A stretch of DNA of 64,000 bases from an uncultured bacterium (GCA_903934015.1 CAIZMI010000015.1:424-64423); one strand, 5' to 3'; shown: positions 24,276 to 34,589, counted from the stretch's first letter. Notes: generated by a model from the sequence alone, not told the origin. Made by a program: numbers and translations.

Positions 24276-24400
24276 CGTTGTCTTTGCAAGCCATTGACCA
24301 TTCGTGAGTCCGCCAACTGGCGGAGGGCAAGGCGTGGCAATTTCCCGCGTCGTAATTTTGGTGAGATTGCTTCGCCTCGCCCGACTACTTCAATGGTCAC
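24276..24400. repeat. GTCTTTGC family palindrome with a nested 16-nt insert
   Basis: Matches the 22491 copy but carries TCCGCCAACTGGCGGA at 24309-24324. Confidence 0.8.
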
Positions 24401-24428
24401 AACTAAATTTGTGCGCTATTAATATAGA

Positions 24429-25559
24429 GTGATTATTCGAGATGTTTTTCGACGGAGTGATCCCGCACTTTGGGGAAGTGCCTTACTTTTGACTGTGATA
24501 AGTATGGTTTTGCTAGGCACGGGAAGCGATTCAGCAAATCTTGGATATTTTTTGCGCCAGGGCGCAGCTGCCGCCCTTGGAATTATTGCAATGTTTATTA
24601 TTGCTCGTACGCATTATACTTTTGCGCGGTCATTATCTTCGACAATGTTTATTGTGTTAATAGTTTTGCTTTTGGTCGTGTTACAAGGAAGGATTATTCG
24701 TGGCGCGACTTCGTGGTTGGTCTTTAGCGGTTTTCACTTGCAACCCGGTGAAATTGCAAAAGCAATAATTCTAGTGGTAATCGCAAAAATATTAGGGGAA
24801 AGTAAGCGGGGGGTAGCTTCAGTAGCCGTGTTGTTTCGAACAATTTTATTTGCTGGTATCCCGATTATTATGGTTTTTTTGCAACCTGATTTTGGGACCG
24901 GAATGTTATTGGTAATGATTTGGTTTGGCATGATTGCCGTGGCCGGTCTTACGCGTAAGCAATTTTTTAGTTTGGCGGTGCTTGCTGTTGTTATTTTCGC
25001 GAGTGGTTGGTTTTTCTTTCTTAAACCTTATCAAAAGGATCGAGTATCCGTGTTTTTAAATCCCGGTGCCGATCCACTTGGGCGTGGTTACACTGTTTTG
25101 CAGTCTGTTACGGCATTTGGGTCAGGTGGATTTTGGGGCAGGGGTCTTGGATATGGTCCGCAAAGTCGGTTAAACTTTTTACCCGAGAATAGGACAGATT
25201 TTATTTTTGCGCGCATTGGCGAAGAATTGGGATTGGTGGGTGTTTTGGGCGTGTTGTCTCTTTATGGAGTAATTCTTTGGCGCATGTTGGTTGCCGCCTC
25301 AAAAACAACCGACTCGTTTGGGCGAGCGATTGCGGTTGGCGCATTTGTGGTCTTGCTTAGCGGTGTAGTGGTTAATGCCGGTATGAATATTGGTCTTTTG
25401 CCTGTAACCGGCGTTCCTTTACCGTTTATTTCCTATGGTGGAAGTAGTCTTTTGACAATGTTCATTATTGTTGGTTTGGTTGAGAGTGTCATTATTCACG
25501 GAGAATCTTGGGAGGTTAATGATACAAGTGATGTGGTAACATTGTCGTTGGGAGGGTAA
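24429..25559 (+). CDS. rodA: Rod shape-determining protein RodA (SEDS family)
   Basis: GATSW, LQPGEIAK, QPDFGT, YQKDR, FLPENRTDFIF, PVTGVPLPFISYGGSS. Confidence 0.88.
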   Translation: MIIRDVFRRSDPALWGSALLLTVISMVLLGTGSDSANLGYFLRQGAAAALGIIAMFIIARTHYTFARSLSSTMFIVLIVLLLVVLQGRIIRGATSWLVFSGFHLQPGEIAKAIILVVIAKILGESKRGVASVAVLFRTILFAGIPIIMVFLQPDFGTGMLLVMIWFGMIAVAGLTRKQFFSLAVLAVVIFASGWFFFLKPYQKDRVSVFLNPGADPLGRGYTVLQSVTAFGSGGFWGRGLGYGPQSRLNFLPENRTDFIFARIGEELGLVGVLGVLSLYGVILWRMLVAASKTTDSFGRAIAVGAFVVLLSGVVVNAGMNIGLLPVTGVPLPFISYGGSSLLTMFIIVGLVESVIIHGESWEVNDTSDVVTLSLGG

Positions 25560-25685
25560 GTGCGGGAGTGAGAAAAGTCGTGAGGCCGGTTGAAAGAGAA
25601 AAATTACTCATACTTCCTGTGTGAAGGCGGTGCTGTTTGACAAAAAGGTCTCCCTTGTTTAATATTTACTCATAAAGCAAAGAAT

Positions 25686-26021
25686 ATGTTTGATGAAGTG
25701 AATCAATTGATCTCCCGTTGTCCGCTTTGTAATGCGGGCTATCGGGTAGAGGACGCGCAAATCATCGAAACTACCGATGAATCTTCTACTGTTTATGTGG
25801 AATGTCCGCGTTGTAAAAGTTCAATTATGGCCGTCGTAGCCATGAGTGGTATGGGTATGATTTCTCTTGGAATGGTAACGGACATGACCAGGGAAGATAT
25901 TGAAAAGTTTCGCCTTACTCCAAGTGTGAGTGGAAACGAGTTGCTGGAAATGATCCAACTGCTAAAGCGTCAAGATAGATCCGTTGTTCGAGAATTAACT
26001 AAAGAAACCGATGTCTATTAA
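25686..26021 (+). CDS. Zinc-ribbon hypothetical protein
   Basis: CPLC...CPRC; TTGACA promoter upstream; overlaps the rplY start. Confidence 0.75.
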   Translation: MFDEVNQLISRCPLCNAGYRVEDAQIIETTDESSTVYVECPRCKSSIMAVVAMSGMGMISLGMVTDMTREDIEKFRLTPSVSGNELLEMIQLLKRQDRSVVRELTKETDVY

Positions 26022-26751
26022 TAAAATCCATCAAATTGAAGCTCAACCTCGCGCAAAAGCGGGGCGTAAGGCAAAAAATGTCCGCATCGGCGGAGCTATT
26101 CCATGTATTCTTTATGGTAACGGTATTGCCAATGTTCAGATTGCAATAAATCAAAAAGCGTTTGAAAAGATTTTACCGGAATTATCTCACAGCACGTTAA
26201 TAAATTTGGTGATTGAGGGCGAAAAAGAAGGTCGCGCGGTTTTGGTTTCAGAGGTGCAACGTAATCCTATGACCGGACTTCCACAACACATCGATTTTCA
26301 TGAAGTTAACTTGAAGGAATCTATCGAAGCTACTGTGCCGTTGATTTTTCAAGGAGAATCATTTGCTGTTAAGGATTTGGCGGGAACTTTGGTAAAGAGT
26401 TTGAGTGAAATTAGAGTATCGGCCTTACCGCAAGATTTGCCGGAAAATATTATCGTTGATATTGGGGCATTGAAGGATTTTGAATCTCGTGTCACTATCG
26501 CTGATTTAAATATTTCCGACAAAGTGAAGGTTTTGGATAATATGGAAGAAATTGTTGCTGTTGTCACTCCTCCTCGTTCTGAAGCTGAAATGGAAGAATT
26601 GAACAAGGAAGTGGAAGAAAATGCCGGTGAAGTGAAGACTGAGGGCGACGAGAAGAAAGCCGCCAAGGAAGCCGAAGCAGCCGCTGAAGGTGCACCGGAA
26701 GGCGACAAGAAGGAAGCTAAGAAAGAAGTTAAAAAAGAAGAGAAGAAGTAA
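26011..26751 (+). CDS. rplY: 50S ribosomal protein L25/Ctc
   Basis: IPCILYG, QRNP..G.PQHIDF, ALPQDLPE, acidic/Lys-rich tail. Confidence 0.95.
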   Translation: MSINKIHQIEAQPRAKAGRKAKNVRIGGAIPCILYGNGIANVQIAINQKAFEKILPELSHSTLINLVIEGEKEGRAVLVSEVQRNPMTGLPQHIDFHEVNLKESIEATVPLIFQGESFAVKDLAGTLVKSLSEIRVSALPQDLPENIIVDIGALKDFESRVTIADLNISDKVKVLDNMEEIVAVVTPPRSEAEMEELNKEVEENAGEVKTEGDEKKAAKEAEAAAEGAPEGDKKEAKKEVKKEEKK

Positions 26752-26771
26752 TCTTACTGAAATATTGAACC

Positions 26772-26793
26772 AATCCCCGCGCAAGCGGGGATT
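26772..26793 (+). terminator. Terminator hairpin
   Basis: AATCCCCGC-GCAA-GCGGGGATT. Confidence 0.6.
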
Positions 26794-26832
26794 ATGGTAG
26801 ATACTTAGGAATATCTTTGGTATTATTTTCGT

Positions 26833-27432
26833 ATGATTAAAGCAGTAATTTTTGATTTAGGTGGGGTACTTTTTACAAATGGGACAAAAAAATTTGCCAC
26901 CGATTTGTGTTCCCGTCATGGACTGGAAATGAATTTTGTAAAAGAAGTGTTGGATGGTGAGTTGGGAAGTTTGTATCGCGAAGCGAAAATATCCAGGAAT
27001 GATTTTTGGAAACAAGTCCTGATCAAGCTGAACATTGCCGAAGATATTGATCTGTTGGAGAAAGAATGGATTGATGATTATGAGCTTATTGACGGCACTA
27101 AAATTATTATAAGTGAGTTGGCGAAAAAATATCGAGTATTATATCTTTCCGATAATATTAAGGAACGTGTTGAGGCGCTTGATAAAATGTATGGATTTGT
27201 TGGCTGGTTTAGCGGTGGTGTGTTTTCCCATGAAGCGGGCGTCAGGAAACCAAACCCGAAAATTTATGAGTTGGCGCTAAAGGAAGCCGGCGTCGAGGCG
27301 AGCGAAGCTTTGTTTGTTGACGACAAAGAGTCATGTTTAGAAACGGCAAGAGAGATGGGAATGGAAACAGTCTTATTTGAAACGCCGGAGAAGCTAAGAG
27401 AATCTTTGTTGGCAACCGGATTACTTGAGTAG
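26833..27432 (+). CDS. HAD-superfamily phosphatase (YihX-like)
   Basis: IFDLGGVL, LS, RKPNP.IY, FVDD. Confidence 0.9.
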   Translation: MIKAVIFDLGGVLFTNGTKKFATDLCSRHGLEMNFVKEVLDGELGSLYREAKISRNDFWKQVLIKLNIAEDIDLLEKEWIDDYELIDGTKIIISELAKKYRVLYLSDNIKERVEALDKMYGFVGWFSGGVFSHEAGVRKPNPKIYELALKEAGVEASEALFVDDKESCLETAREMGMETVLFETPEKLRESLLATGLLE

Positions 27433-27456
27433 TTTTTTGATTGCTTAAGGTCTTTC

Positions 27457-28380
27457 TTAGAGCAACGACCACTTGCTCACGAAAGGCGTTACTTCTTGGG
27501 GTTTAAATTCGGGTATAAATTCATGGGCTAGTTCCCATAGGGCGCGGCGTTGTTTTGGGTTGTGTTCGAGCAATAAGTGTTGAAGAGATTTCCTGGTTTG
27601 TTCGAAACGCGCGATTTGAGCGAAGAAACGACGAAATACGGCAAGACCGTCCGGGCCGCCTTCCAGGGCCCCTTGGGGTTCAAATGTTAAGCCGATTGTG
27701 TCAGGTTTGGTGTGAGCATTTCTTAATTCATCTGTTGTCACATAAGGTAGATTGGAAACAATAATATTCGGCGAAAGTTCAGTGGGAATTTCGTTGAGCA
27801 GGTCGCTGGCAAAAAACGTAACGCGTTTGGCAGCGCGATATTTTCTTGCATTGCGAGCAGCCACTTTTAGGGCCGTTCCGGATTTGTCCGTGGCGATGAT
27901 TTTTGCTTTTGGGATCTCGAGAGCGAGTGAGACAGCTATTACACCTGAACCGGTGCCAATATCCGCTATGATTGGCGTGGGTGTATGACGCGACGGATTC
28001 CTGCTCTCGGGCAGGAATGACACTTCGATAGATTGCTTACAGATTCTGATACATTCCTCAACTATCGCTTCGGTTTCGGGGCGGGGGACTAATACATTTT
28101 TATTGACGATAAATTTTCGTCCATAAAAATATTGGTTGCCTGTTAGATAGGGAATTGGCACGCCTTTTATTCGTTGCATCAGCCAGTGTCGATATTTTGC
28201 CGTCTGGTTAAATGTAAGTTTTTCCTCGTTGTGGGCGATTAAAAACTCGCGTGGATTTTTGATCGCTTCAGACAATAATATTTCCGCATCCACACCAAAA
28301 CTAGGCGAGCTGGTTCGCAGATACACAACCCCTTCGCGCAGGGCTTCTTTGATGGTTAATAGTTTAGTGCTTTGTTTCAT
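27457..28380 (-). CDS. prmC: Release factor glutamine methyltransferase
   Basis: VLVPRPETE, DIGTGSG, SNLPY; downstream of prfA. Confidence 0.93.
   Translation of the reverse strand: MKQSTKLLTIKEALREGVVYLRTSSPSFGVDAEILLSEAIKNPREFLIAHNEEKLTFNQTAKYRHWLMQRIKGVPIPYLTGNQYFYGRKFIVNKNVLVPRPETEAIVEECIRICKQSIEVSFLPESRNPSRHTPTPIIADIGTGSGVIAVSLALEIPKAKIIATDKSGTALKVAARNARKYRAAKRVTFFASDLLNEIPTELSPNIIVSNLPYVTTDELRNAHTKPDTIGLTFEPQGALEGGPDGLAVFRRFFAQIARFEQTRKSLQHLLLEHNPKQRRALWELAHEFIPEFKPQEVTPFVSKWSLL
27995..28022. repeat. GGATTCCYGC..GCRGGAATGAC palindrome inside prmC
   Basis: GGATTCCTGCTCTCGGGCAGGAATGACA; intergenic relative GGATTCCCGCCTTCGCGGGAATG at 49816-49838. Confidence 0.7.
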
Positions 28381-28392
28381 AAATTGCGTGCG

Positions 28393-28446
28393 ACTTTAAG
28401 GGTCACCCCTAAAGTAGTGTTTTACTTTAGGGGTGACCCTTAAAGT
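28393..28446. repeat. ACTTTAAGG-family inverted repeat (24-bp arms)
   Basis: ACTTTAAGGGTCACCCCTAAAGTA / TACTTTAGGGGTGACCCTTAAAGT. Confidence 0.85.
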
Positions 28447-28449
28447 GAC

Positions 28450-29508
28450 TTAAAGAGATTCGCCGAGAGCCTTGTTTTCATTGGCGTCGCGAATGGTATC
28501 GATGATGTCGATGATGTTTCCATCCATGATTTGATTTAAACCGTGCCAGGATTCTTTGATACGGTGATCGGTAAGGCGGTCCTGCGGAAAATTGTACGTA
28601 CGAATTTTTTCACTGCGGTCGCCTGTGCCGATTTGGGTACGGCGGGCCACACCCTCTTTATTTTGTTGATCTTCAATTTGTTTGGCTAAAATGCGGGAAC
28701 GCAGTACTTCCATTGCCGATTCTTTGTTTTGGGCTTGTCCACGCTCGTTTTGACTTTGCGCGACGGTGCCTGTTGGAATGTGGGTAATACGCACCGCCGA
28801 GCTGGTTTTCTGGACGTTTTGCCCGCCATGACCGCCGGCGCGATAAGTTTCAACGCGTAAATCTTCAGGGCGAATTTCGACGTCTACTTGTTCCGCTTTT
28901 GGCAATACTACGACGGTTGCCGTAGAGGTGTGAATACGTCCCATTTTTTCAGTTACCGGAATTCTTTGAACGCGATGGACACCACTTTCAAACTGTAATG
29001 CTCCATATGCACCCTTGCCAACCATTTCAAAAATAATTTCTTTGAACCCACCGGCTTCATTGTGGTTTTCATCAACTAAGTGGGTTTTCCAGTTTTGTGC
29101 TTCCGCAAAACGCATATACATTTTTAGAAGATCGGAAGCGAATAAGGATGCTTCATCACCACCGGCGCCAGCGCGGATTTCTATTACTACGTTTTTGTCA
29201 GCGTATTCATCTTTAGGGAGAAGGGAATGTCTAAGTTCTTTTTCGGCCAGAGTAAGTTCTTCCTGGGTTTTTGGTAGTTCATCCAATGCTAAAATTTTTA
29301 GTTCATTGTCTTCTTCCTGTAAGATGTTTTGGTTTTCTTGTACGGTGTTTCTCAAGTCATCCACTCGATGTTTAATATCCATGATTTTTTGGAGTTCCGA
29401 ATGACGCGATGATATCGTGGCAATTTCGGCGTGCGAAAGTCCGTTGAGAGAACTCAATTTTTCAGTAAGTTGTAGGTATTCTTTTTCAATATCAATTAAG
29501 GAAGGCAT
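28450..29508 (-). CDS. prfA: Peptide chain release factor 1
   Basis: EIRAGAGGDEA, ESGVHRVQRIPVTE (PVT), GGQ, RTYNFPQDR. Confidence 0.97.
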   Translation of the reverse strand: MPSLIDIEKEYLQLTEKLSSLNGLSHAEIATISSRHSELQKIMDIKHRVDDLRNTVQENQNILQEEDNELKILALDELPKTQEELTLAEKELRHSLLPKDEYADKNVVIEIRAGAGGDEASLFASDLLKMYMRFAEAQNWKTHLVDENHNEAGGFKEIIFEMVGKGAYGALQFESGVHRVQRIPVTEKMGRIHTSTATVVVLPKAEQVDVEIRPEDLRVETYRAGGHGGQNVQKTSSAVRITHIPTGTVAQSQNERGQAQNKESAMEVLRSRILAKQIEDQQNKEGVARRTQIGTGDRSEKIRTYNFPQDRLTDHRIKESWHGLNQIMDGNIIDIIDTIRDANENKALGESL

Positions 29509-29551
29509 GATCTATTTTTAGCGTGAAAACTTAAATAAAGCGAGGGCCAAG

Positions 29552-29675
29552 CGTCGTCTTTGCAAGCCATCGACCATTCTTTAGAATGGGCGAGGCGTGG
29601 CAATCTCAAAAAAACAAGACGCGGGAGATTGTTTCGCCCACGCACCACAAGGGTGCGGGGTTCGCAAGGATGACG
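29552..29675. repeat. GTCTTTGC family palindrome containing a 24-nt CCC..GGG hairpin
   Basis: Homolog of the 22491 copy; CCCACGCACCACAAGGGTGCGGGG at 29637-29660. Confidence 0.8.
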
Positions 29676-29697
29676 AAGGAACAAAACATTTACGAAA

Positions 29698-29727
29698 ACA
29701 TCGTTCCGGAAATACTCGGAACGATGT
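29698..29727 (-). terminator. Terminator downstream of rpmE
   Basis: ACATCGTTCCG...CGGAACGATGT with an adjacent A run on the + strand. Confidence 0.6.
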
Positions 29728-29744
29728 GTAAAATTAAAATATAA

Positions 29745-30032
29745 CTAACCGATCTTTTTGGACTTTGTGGATTTGCTTTCGCGGAGCTTCTTTGGGGCGC
29801 CTTTGGCGATGATTTTGGCTTCCTTCTGTTTCTTTGTCTTTTCAACCAATTTCGCAAAGCGCTCGACGCGACCGGCGGTGTCCATGATCTTCTTGGTGCC
29901 CGTGTAGAAAGGATGGCAGGCAGAACATGCTTCTGTGAATATTTCGGCTTTTGTAGAGCCTACTTTAAAAGAATTGCCACAAGCACAGGTAACTTGAGCT
30001 TCTTGGTATTCTGGGTGGATTTCAGGTTTCAT
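29745..30032 (-). CDS. rpmE: 50S ribosomal protein L31 (Zn-binding type)
   Basis: [29 protein letters not shown]. Confidence 0.97.
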   Translation of the reverse strand: MKPEIHPEYQEAQVTCACGNSFKVGSTKAEIFTEACSACHPFYTGTKKIMDTAGRVERFAKLVEKTKKQKEAKIIAKGAPKKLRESKSTKSKKIG

Positions 30033-30177
30033 AACTCCATTATTATAGATAAAAGCTATTTTTTGTCAATTTCGTGTACATCTACCACCTTTACGTTATT
30101 TTGAAGGTTGGTATACTGGGGTTTATCGGAGTGGGCGTTCTTTTTTTGTTTTTTGACTATCAGCAGGAGGTCTGGTC

Positions 30178-30381
30178 ATGAGTGGCAAGGGGACCGAGAA
30201 TACAGGGGTCTCACATCCGGACAACGTGGCGAAGGTTGCGCAAATGGCGGCATCGGCACAGGGGCGACGGTTGCCCGAACCCAAAAGGTTAAACATGGGA
30301 GGTCAAGAAAGAGCAGAAATTGAAAGAAGGCCTATGCCGGCAAGAAGTCCACCCCCGGAGCACTTGGTGGGCGATGCGTGA
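30178..30381 (+). CDS. Small hypothetical protein
   Basis: AGGAGG SD and terminator-like hairpin at 30406-30440. Confidence 0.45.
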   Translation: MSGKGTENTGVSHPDNVAKVAQMAASAQGRRLPEPKRLNMGGQERAEIERRPMPARSPPPEHLVGDA

Positions 30382-30528
30382 CGTAGTGGGTCCGAAATTG
30401 TGGTAACCCTTTCGCTGTTATGTGAAAGGGTATTTTTTTTAATATATTCATTGACATTTTTTGATTCTAGGAACAAACTATTTCGTCGGTTGTTTGTTTT
30501 TAGTCCACTAACCTTATGGAGGTGACAG

Positions 30529-30825
30529 ATGTTCGGACGTAGGCGGGAATTATTGCAACAACGAGTTCATGATGTGGCGCGGATCCAATTTTTCGCGTCG
30601 ATCGCGATGGTGATCGGTGTGGTACTGCTCACCATCGGCTACGAGTACGACTTCGTTAACTTCGCCAATAGGACTTCGGTCGTTCGTTTCGGCTTCTACA
30701 CATTGCTCGTGGCGAGCATCATCGTGGGAGTATTGGCAAGGTTTGTTCTGTGGGGGAATAAGGCCCCCGTAACGCTTTTGTCGGTTGAGCAGAAACCAAA
30801 GATACATTTGGCGCCAGTCGATTGA
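30529..30825 (+). CDS. Small two-TM hypothetical protein
   Basis: TTGACA at 30451, GGAGG SD, two hydrophobic helices. Confidence 0.6.
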   Translation: MFGRRRELLQQRVHDVARIQFFASIAMVIGVVLLTIGYEYDFVNFANRTSVVRFGFYTLLVASIIVGVLARFVLWGNKAPVTLLSVEQKPKIHLAPVD

Positions 30826-30989
30826 ATTTCTCCTTTTCAGGATAAGTGGAATAAATTCGGTAGTAATCCCAAGGCTTGCCTTGGGTATTTTTTGATCATT
30901 GACTTTTTTAATATCAAAGTATACATTTTTGAGTCGGGTTTGTTCGTTGTTACTTACAAGAAGGCCACAAGAAGAAAAAGGAAACAAAG

Positions 30990-31352
30990 ATGTCGAAGAT
31001 GTCGAGAATTACTGTTGAATCGTTAAGTGAGAGAAGGCTTCGTGCCATTTTGGCGTACTTTGCTGAACTCGCGCCAAACGTCGTTGAGTGGGAAGGTAAA
31101 ATTCCCTCATTTCTCACGACGATTGCCGAGAGTCCCACGAAGGAGAAAACCCTTCAGGTTGGTATGCTGACGACCGCTTGTAAGCTGCAAATTTGTTGTA
31201 CGGGCGTAGAATGTTGGTTCGTGCTTGTTGAGGGGCAAAAGACAAGCATCGAACAGTTTGCACACTTGCTGTGCGCTATTTGTGGTGTGAAGCAAGAAGT
31301 GGTTGTTGATGGGTGCAAGAACCTGTCAGCACAACAGGCAACTATGCTGTAG
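30990..31352 (+). CDS. Hypothetical protein
   Basis: AAGGA SD, terminator at 31377-31403. Confidence 0.55.
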   Translation: MSKMSRITVESLSERRLRAILAYFAELAPNVVEWEGKIPSFLTTIAESPTKEKTLQVGMLTTACKLQICCTGVECWFVLVEGQKTSIEQFAHLLCAICGVKQEVVVDGCKNLSAQQATML

Positions 31353-31595
31353 TACCTTCTTGTGTCCACCTGGTTCAACCGGCCACTAGGGTCGGTTTTT
31401 TTTGTATATATCGTCGATCCTTGCCTAAAAACTACTTCTTTGTTAGATTATCACCACAAGTTTATTAGCTAATTTATCTCACATTCGTCTTGTTTCCCAT
31501 TGGGAAGGCACTTCATTCCTTGCTAGTTTAATCTGAGCCTGTCGAAGATATAACTGGTATTTGAAGAGCGACGAAGAGGAAGAAAGGATCAATTT

Positions 31596-32318
31596 ATGTC
31601 GTTACCAAGTTTAGTAGACCTTCTTGAGGCCGGTGTCCACTTTGGACACGAAACGTCCAAATGGAACCCCAAGATGAAGCCATATATTTTTACGGAACGT
31701 AATCACATCCACGTGATGGATTTACAGCAAACATTAAGCTCTCTTGAAAAGGCGGCCACTTTTGCGCGCAATATCGCAGGTAAAGGTGGGGTAGTGTTGT
31801 TTGTCGGAACCAAAAGACAGGCTCGTGCCATTGTTAAGGCCGAGGCTGAACGTTGTGGAATGCCGTTTATTACCACGCGTTGGTTGGGTGGAACATTCAC
31901 CAATTTTGAAACAATTTTGAAAAGCATTAATAAATTGGAAAATTTCCGGATTACACTGGAATCTCCTGAAGCGGAAATGCTTACGAAGAAAGAGCGTGCG
32001 GTGTTGAAAAATGAAATCAAACGTTTAGATGATGTTTTGCAAGGGTTAAAGGAATTGCGCAAAATGCCCAATGCTGTGTTTTTAGTTGGCGCGCACAACG
32101 AAAAAATTGCCGTGAAAGAAGCTGTTCGGCGTAAGGTTCCGACAATTGCTTTGGTTGATACTAATGCCGACCCATCCGTTATCGATTATCCGATTCCTGC
32201 CAATGACGACGCAGTACGGTCTTTGGAAGTGGTCGTAAAAGTTATCGCTGACGCCATCATTGAAGGTAAGGGTGGGATCAAGGTGGTTGATGTGGCCACC
32301 ACAGCCGTTAAGGGGTAG
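31596..32318 (+). CDS. rpsB: 30S ribosomal protein S2
   Basis: [32 protein letters not shown]. Confidence 0.98.
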   Translation: MSLPSLVDLLEAGVHFGHETSKWNPKMKPYIFTERNHIHVMDLQQTLSSLEKAATFARNIAGKGGVVLFVGTKRQARAIVKAEAERCGMPFITTRWLGGTFTNFETILKSINKLENFRITLESPEAEMLTKKERAVLKNEIKRLDDVLQGLKELRKMPNAVFLVGAHNEKIAVKEAVRRKVPTIALVDTNADPSVIDYPIPANDDAVRSLEVVVKVIADAIIEGKGGIKVVDVATTAVKG

Positions 32319-32332
32319 TATTATTAATAATA

Positions 32333-32513
32333 AGGGCTTGATAATTAATAATCGCCTTATCTTATGTCCAATCCATCTCCAAATACAACTGCTTCTCAAT
32401 CAAAAATCTTTCAACGTATGTCAAATACGTCTCAAGATTTTGTTCAATCAAAGACAGTCATCTTTGAAGCGCATTGAACATAATCTTAAAGCGTTTATTA
32501 ATTATCAAGCCCT
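32333..32513. mobile_element. ~181-bp MITE-like palindromic element, copy 1
   Basis: Terminal inverted repeats AGGGCTTGATAATTAATAA/TTATTAATTATCAAGCCCT; interior homologous to 54378-54558. Confidence 0.8.
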
Positions 32514-32519
32514 AAAAAA

Positions 32520-33113
32520 ATGACAACAACAATTACGACGGAAAATATTCGTCAACTTCGTGCCCGCACGGGTGTTGGGATTATGGATGTAAGAGAGGCC
32601 CTTTTGGTTTCCGATGGTGATGAAGAAAAGGCGATTAAGTTTTTGCGTGAAAAGGGTAAAATCAAACAAGCTAAAAAGGCTGATCGTTCGGCAGTTGAAG
32701 GCATGCTTGGTTGTTATGTTCATAGTAATAATAAATTGGCGGCATTGGTTTCTTTGCATTGTGAGACGGATTTTGTGGCAATGAATCCTGTTTTTCAAGA
32801 ACTGGCAAAAGACCTCGCGATGCATGTTGCCGCGTCTGATCCGTTGGCGGTAAGCGCTGATTCTATTCCTGTTGAACTGGTTAAGCAGGAGCAAGAAGCG
32901 GTAGAAAAAGAAGTGGCTGGTTTAGGCAAACCGGAAAATATCGCTCAAGGAATCATTAAAGGAAAAATGGACAAGTTTAGGGCGGAACGGGCTTTGCTTT
33001 CACAGCCTTTTGTAAAAAATCCCGAAATTACCGTCGGTGACTTGATTGCGCAAAAAATTGGAGAAATTGGTGAAAATATTTTCGTTGAGCGTTTTCAAAG
33101 AATGGAACTTTAA
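32520..33113 (+). CDS. tsf: Elongation factor Ts (short form)
   Basis: LRARTGVGIMD, CETDFVA, LLSQPFVK; follows rpsB. Confidence 0.96.
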   Translation: MTTTITTENIRQLRARTGVGIMDVREALLVSDGDEEKAIKFLREKGKIKQAKKADRSAVEGMLGCYVHSNNKLAALVSLHCETDFVAMNPVFQELAKDLAMHVAASDPLAVSADSIPVELVKQEQEAVEKEVAGLGKPENIAQGIIKGKMDKFRAERALLSQPFVKNPEITVGDLIAQKIGEIGENIFVERFQRMEL

Positions 33114-33124
33114 TTGGAGGTTAT

Positions 33125-34468
33125 TTGTCTGCAATTTTTCTACCAATCCTTCTCATTATCGGCGCCTTAAGCGCGATTTTGATAGTGTTCGGAAGACATT
33201 TGCCGGATTTTGTTCGAAGTATTAAGGAACGTAAAGATAAAAAAGAATCTTTGGAACCAATAGATGAGTTGCCGGTTAATCCTCGTGTGCATCAGTTGGT
33301 GCAACCCCAAAAAAATAATTTGGGGGGAATTGCTTCAAAAGTAAATGCTATTTGGAAGTTTTTGTTAGTTAAAGCTGTTTTTGTTGTTAAGCATGTTTGG
33401 CCTGCCTTGAAATTGGCTGGGAGTTTATTGGTGAAGTTGTTTCATAGGGTGCCTCGGATAAAACCAAATCTGTCGGTTTTGAGTCGATTTAAAGATGTGA
33501 CTTCGGAAGAAGTTGATTATAGAAATATTGAAGAGTTTGTGGAGCCGGTTGCAACAACAGCCGATATGAAAAGCGTTCAACGAAATCCATTACGTTATCC
33601 GGAACCATTATCGAATGAATTGGTTGCTTTGACACAGCCAAAAAAGAAAACAGTCGATAAAATTAGGAAAGAAATTCCCAAGATAGTAGAAACTCAGGTG
33701 GAAGCGATTATTGAGGAGATTAATGCGGAGCAAACTAAAATGGTGCCTGAAAAAGCAGTTGATGGACCGGTTGTTGAAAAGCCGGCGTTTTCCGTGGGAA
33801 AAACAAAGGAAACACGCACTCGTAATCGTCGTCGAATTGTCGGCAAGATGGCGCCGAAGCCGACTCCACTGCAGGAATTGGAAAAAACAATTATGGCGGA
33901 AGAGTCTGAAGAAAAAGAGGTTTTCTCAGTAAATGAGGCGGGGGAGATTACTGCTCCAGAACTTTCAAGTCCAATTGAAGAAAAGAAAATTTCATTTATC
34001 GATCGTGAGGCCTATGCTTTAACGGACGCGACGCAAGAAATAAGTAATCAGATTTTAGAAGGTAAATATAATGTTGCAGAATCAGCGCTTATTGATATTT
34101 TAAGTAAAAATCCCCGTAATACTGAGGCCTATCGGTTGTTGGGTATCGTTTACCTGAAACGAAAGGATTTTGAACAAGCTCGTGAAGTTTTTGAAGAAGC
34201 ATTAAGACGTGATCCGGAACATGGCGGATTGCAGGGGCCATTAGGTTATTGTTATATGTCGGTTGGAGAATATGGCAAAGCGCTTTCTATGTATCAACAG
34301 GCGCTTAATATGGATGAAACTAATATCGAATACTTGGAACAGTTGTTGATAATTTCTTCGCGCATGGATCGTCGTCCGCTTGTTAACATGACGGCCAAGA
34401 AAATTCTTGCGTTAAACCCAAATCACGTCGAAGCAAAGAAATATCTCGCACGCGTGGCGGTGAGGTAG
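33125..34468 (+). CDS. Membrane-anchored protein with C-terminal TPR repeats
   Basis: N-terminal TM; EAYRLLGIVYL...ALRRDP and further TPR units. Confidence 0.8.
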   Translation: MSAIFLPILLIIGALSAILIVFGRHLPDFVRSIKERKDKKESLEPIDELPVNPRVHQLVQPQKNNLGGIASKVNAIWKFLLVKAVFVVKHVWPALKLAGSLLVKLFHRVPRIKPNLSVLSRFKDVTSEEVDYRNIEEFVEPVATTADMKSVQRNPLRYPEPLSNELVALTQPKKKTVDKIRKEIPKIVETQVEAIIEEINAEQTKMVPEKAVDGPVVEKPAFSVGKTKETRTRNRRRIVGKMAPKPTPLQELEKTIMAEESEEKEVFSVNEAGEITAPELSSPIEEKKISFIDREAYALTDATQEISNQILEGKYNVAESALIDILSKNPRNTEAYRLLGIVYLKRKDFEQAREVFEEALRRDPEHGGLQGPLGYCYMSVGEYGKALSMYQQALNMDETNIEYLEQLLIISSRMDRRPLVNMTAKKILALNPNHVEAKKYLARVAVR

Positions 34469-34589
34469 GTCTTGGTGTGGATTGTTCGTTTCCCTCCTTT
34501 ATCAAAGGAGGGCGGGGGTGGATTTTGTCTTTTTAGTCTCTTTGACTAATATCTTAAAAACAGTAACTTTAAGGTAGTTGGATTACTAT

